Below, one piece after another: positions 63,416 to 64,000 of a stretch of 64,000 bases of DNA. Below the pieces are notes generated by a model that worked only from the letters and a program-made list of their open reading frames with translations, had not been told where the DNA came from and made no database searches. This DNA is from an uncultured Gammaproteobacteria bacterium (lineage in GTDB: Bacteria; Patescibacteriota; Patescibacteriia; Magasanikbacterales; UBA922), in assembly GCA_964345045.1 (NCBI GenBank), contig CAYFPM010000001.1, forward strand, positions 467,784-531,783, read 5' to 3'. Numbering within the stretch: position 1 is the first letter of the stretch; every line of letters begins with the position of its first letter. The translations under genes and the position numbers were made by a program.

Positions 63416-63688
63416 TTAAGCTTTGTCTGGGTCTGTCATGTGACCAGAAACCAATTTGGTCATGGCAAACATGTTTACTTGCTTTTGACCGTCGAATAGT
63501 GGCAACAATTTATCATCTGCAATAATTTCACGTTTGTTTTCTGGATTTTGCAAATCATTTTTCTTGATGTACTCCCAAAGTTTTTTTACAACTTCTCCTC
63601 TAGCCATAGGTCCTTTACCTACTACGGCTTCTAGTTCCTCTGAAAGGTTTAGCGGTTTCAGAAGAGCTGGGTTTGCTTTTCTTGGCAT
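63416..63688 (-). CDS. SWIB/MDM2-domain protein
   Basis: 90 aa; LSEELEAVVGKGPMARGEVVKKLWEYIKKNDLQNPENKREIIADDKLLPLFDGQKQVNMFAMTKLVSGHM matches the bacterial SWIB domain pattern. Confidence 0.7.
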   Translation of the reverse strand: MPRKANPALLKPLNLSEELEAVVGKGPMARGEVVKKLWEYIKKNDLQNPENKREIIADDKLLPLFDGQKQVNMFAMTKLVSGHMTDPDKA

Positions 63689-63722
63689 AGTATTATGCTT
63701 ATGTAATTAATTACTAAAAGTT

Positions 63723-63753
63723 CAGCCACAGGCTGACACCCGATGAGTCGGGT
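63723..63753. repeat. double-hairpin element, variant copy 3 (intergenic, upstream of dnaX)
   Basis: CAGCC-ACAG-GCTG-AC-ACCCGA-TGAG-TCGGGT has the same architecture (CAGCC-N4-GGCTG, then a 2-3 nt spacer, then an ACCCG...CGGGT hairpin) as the in-frame copies at 11765 and 12542. Confidence 0.4.
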
Positions 63754-63899
63754 TAAACTTATCCACACTATACCATAGGCTACCTAGAGAGTGCAAGGGA
63801 AATAAGAATAGAACCCTTTACCCCACCCCTTCACTCCGATATAATACTTCCATTAAAAAGTTTAAAAAATAAAAATTTTAATTTAGAAATTGTAAGATT

Positions 63900-64000
63900 A
63901 TGGCTCTCTACCACACTCACCGTCCGCAAGATTTTGACTCTATAGTAGGTCAAACTCATATCAAAGAAACTATCAAAAACCAAATCAAAACAAACAAAGT
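63900..64000 (+). CDS. dnaX: DNA polymerase III subunit gamma/tau, N-terminal fragment (continues beyond window)
   Basis: Not in the ORF track because it has no in-window stop. Translation from ATG 63900: MALYHTHRPQDFDSIVGQTHIKETIKNQIKTNK, the conserved DnaX N-terminus (Y-x-x-x-RPQ-x-F-x-x-VVGQ-x-H). Confidence 0.7.
   Translation, partial: MALYHTHRPQDFDSIVGQTHIKETIKNQIKTNK

Noticed and set aside
1-64000. CRISPR arrays, IS elements/transposases, integrases, prophage genes
   Set aside because: No direct-repeat/spacer arrays, no DDE or serine/tyrosine recombinase-like ORFs and no phage structural genes were recognised anywhere in the window. Mobile-DNA signals are limited to tRNA fragments, GC islands and the small palindromic element.

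Overview
This is about 64 kb of a low-GC (roughly 33-35%), densely packed bacterial chromosome. The gene content (SUF-only Fe-S biogenesis, GatCA, a minimal type IV pilus set, many small or unusual proteins, an intron-containing tRNA) is consistent with a streamlined, possibly CPR/Patescibacteria-like lineage. I cannot confirm lineage from sequence alone. The recognisable backbone is as follows.
- A divergent thpR-like 2H phosphoesterase (hidden, runs off the left edge) sits opposite clpB, which carries a near-consensus CIRCE/HrcA operator.
- A long minus-strand SUF operon reads sufB, GNAT, sufD, sufS, sufU, sufC, a DsbD-like thioredoxin-membrane fusion, a DUF59/SufT-like gene and a ferredoxin. 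A second NifS-like cysteine desulfurase lies divergent from an FNR-like oxidoreductase.
- A GC-rich POT peptide transporter is followed by an msrB, DUF3179, ccdA, tlpA extracytoplasmic thiol-redox cluster.
- A secreted protein with three cadherin-like repeats has a consensus sigma70 promoter.
- zur plus znuA-znuC-znuB (znuA has a very long His-rich loop), then ftsEX.
- A tRNA cluster (Gln, then an Asn tRNA interrupted by a 331-nt group I intron), then ParB-like, IMPase, Zn-ribbon and NUDIX genes, then tRNA-Thr.
- YceI, PpiC, FtsL/B-like and murE-like genes; two Cys-rich small proteins; a P-type ATPase; tRNA-Lys plus a tRNA fragment; DUF1653, AEC transporter, murG, ftsW and rpmA with a structured leader.
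- M24 peptidase; a GC-rich orphan CheY-like regulator; tRNA-Ser; lgt; a tandem-LOG protein; gatA and gatC; an aberrant tRNA-like gene; ligA.
- pilD, a pilin, a CheY-like regulator and pilM; cysS; a membrane-anchored VirD4/TraG-like (T4CP) ATPase flanked by hypotheticals and a GC-rich structured element; a SWIB-domain gene; and the start of dnaX (hidden, runs off the right edge).
- Observations worth a second look: (1) a 38-bp double-hairpin palindromic element inserted in frame, as a perfect inverted pair, into two adjacent divergent genes (RPE-like), with a third variant copy upstream of dnaX; (2) a group I intron (P/Q/R/S elements present) in tRNA-Asn(GUU); (3) several sharply GC-shifted islands (POT transporter, CheY-like regulator, Cys-rich proteins, lipoprotein segment) in an AT-rich genome; (4) tRNA-like fragments and an aberrant tRNA; (5) a T4CP-like ATPase module next to the pilus genes. 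No CRISPR array, transposase or integrase gene was recognised.
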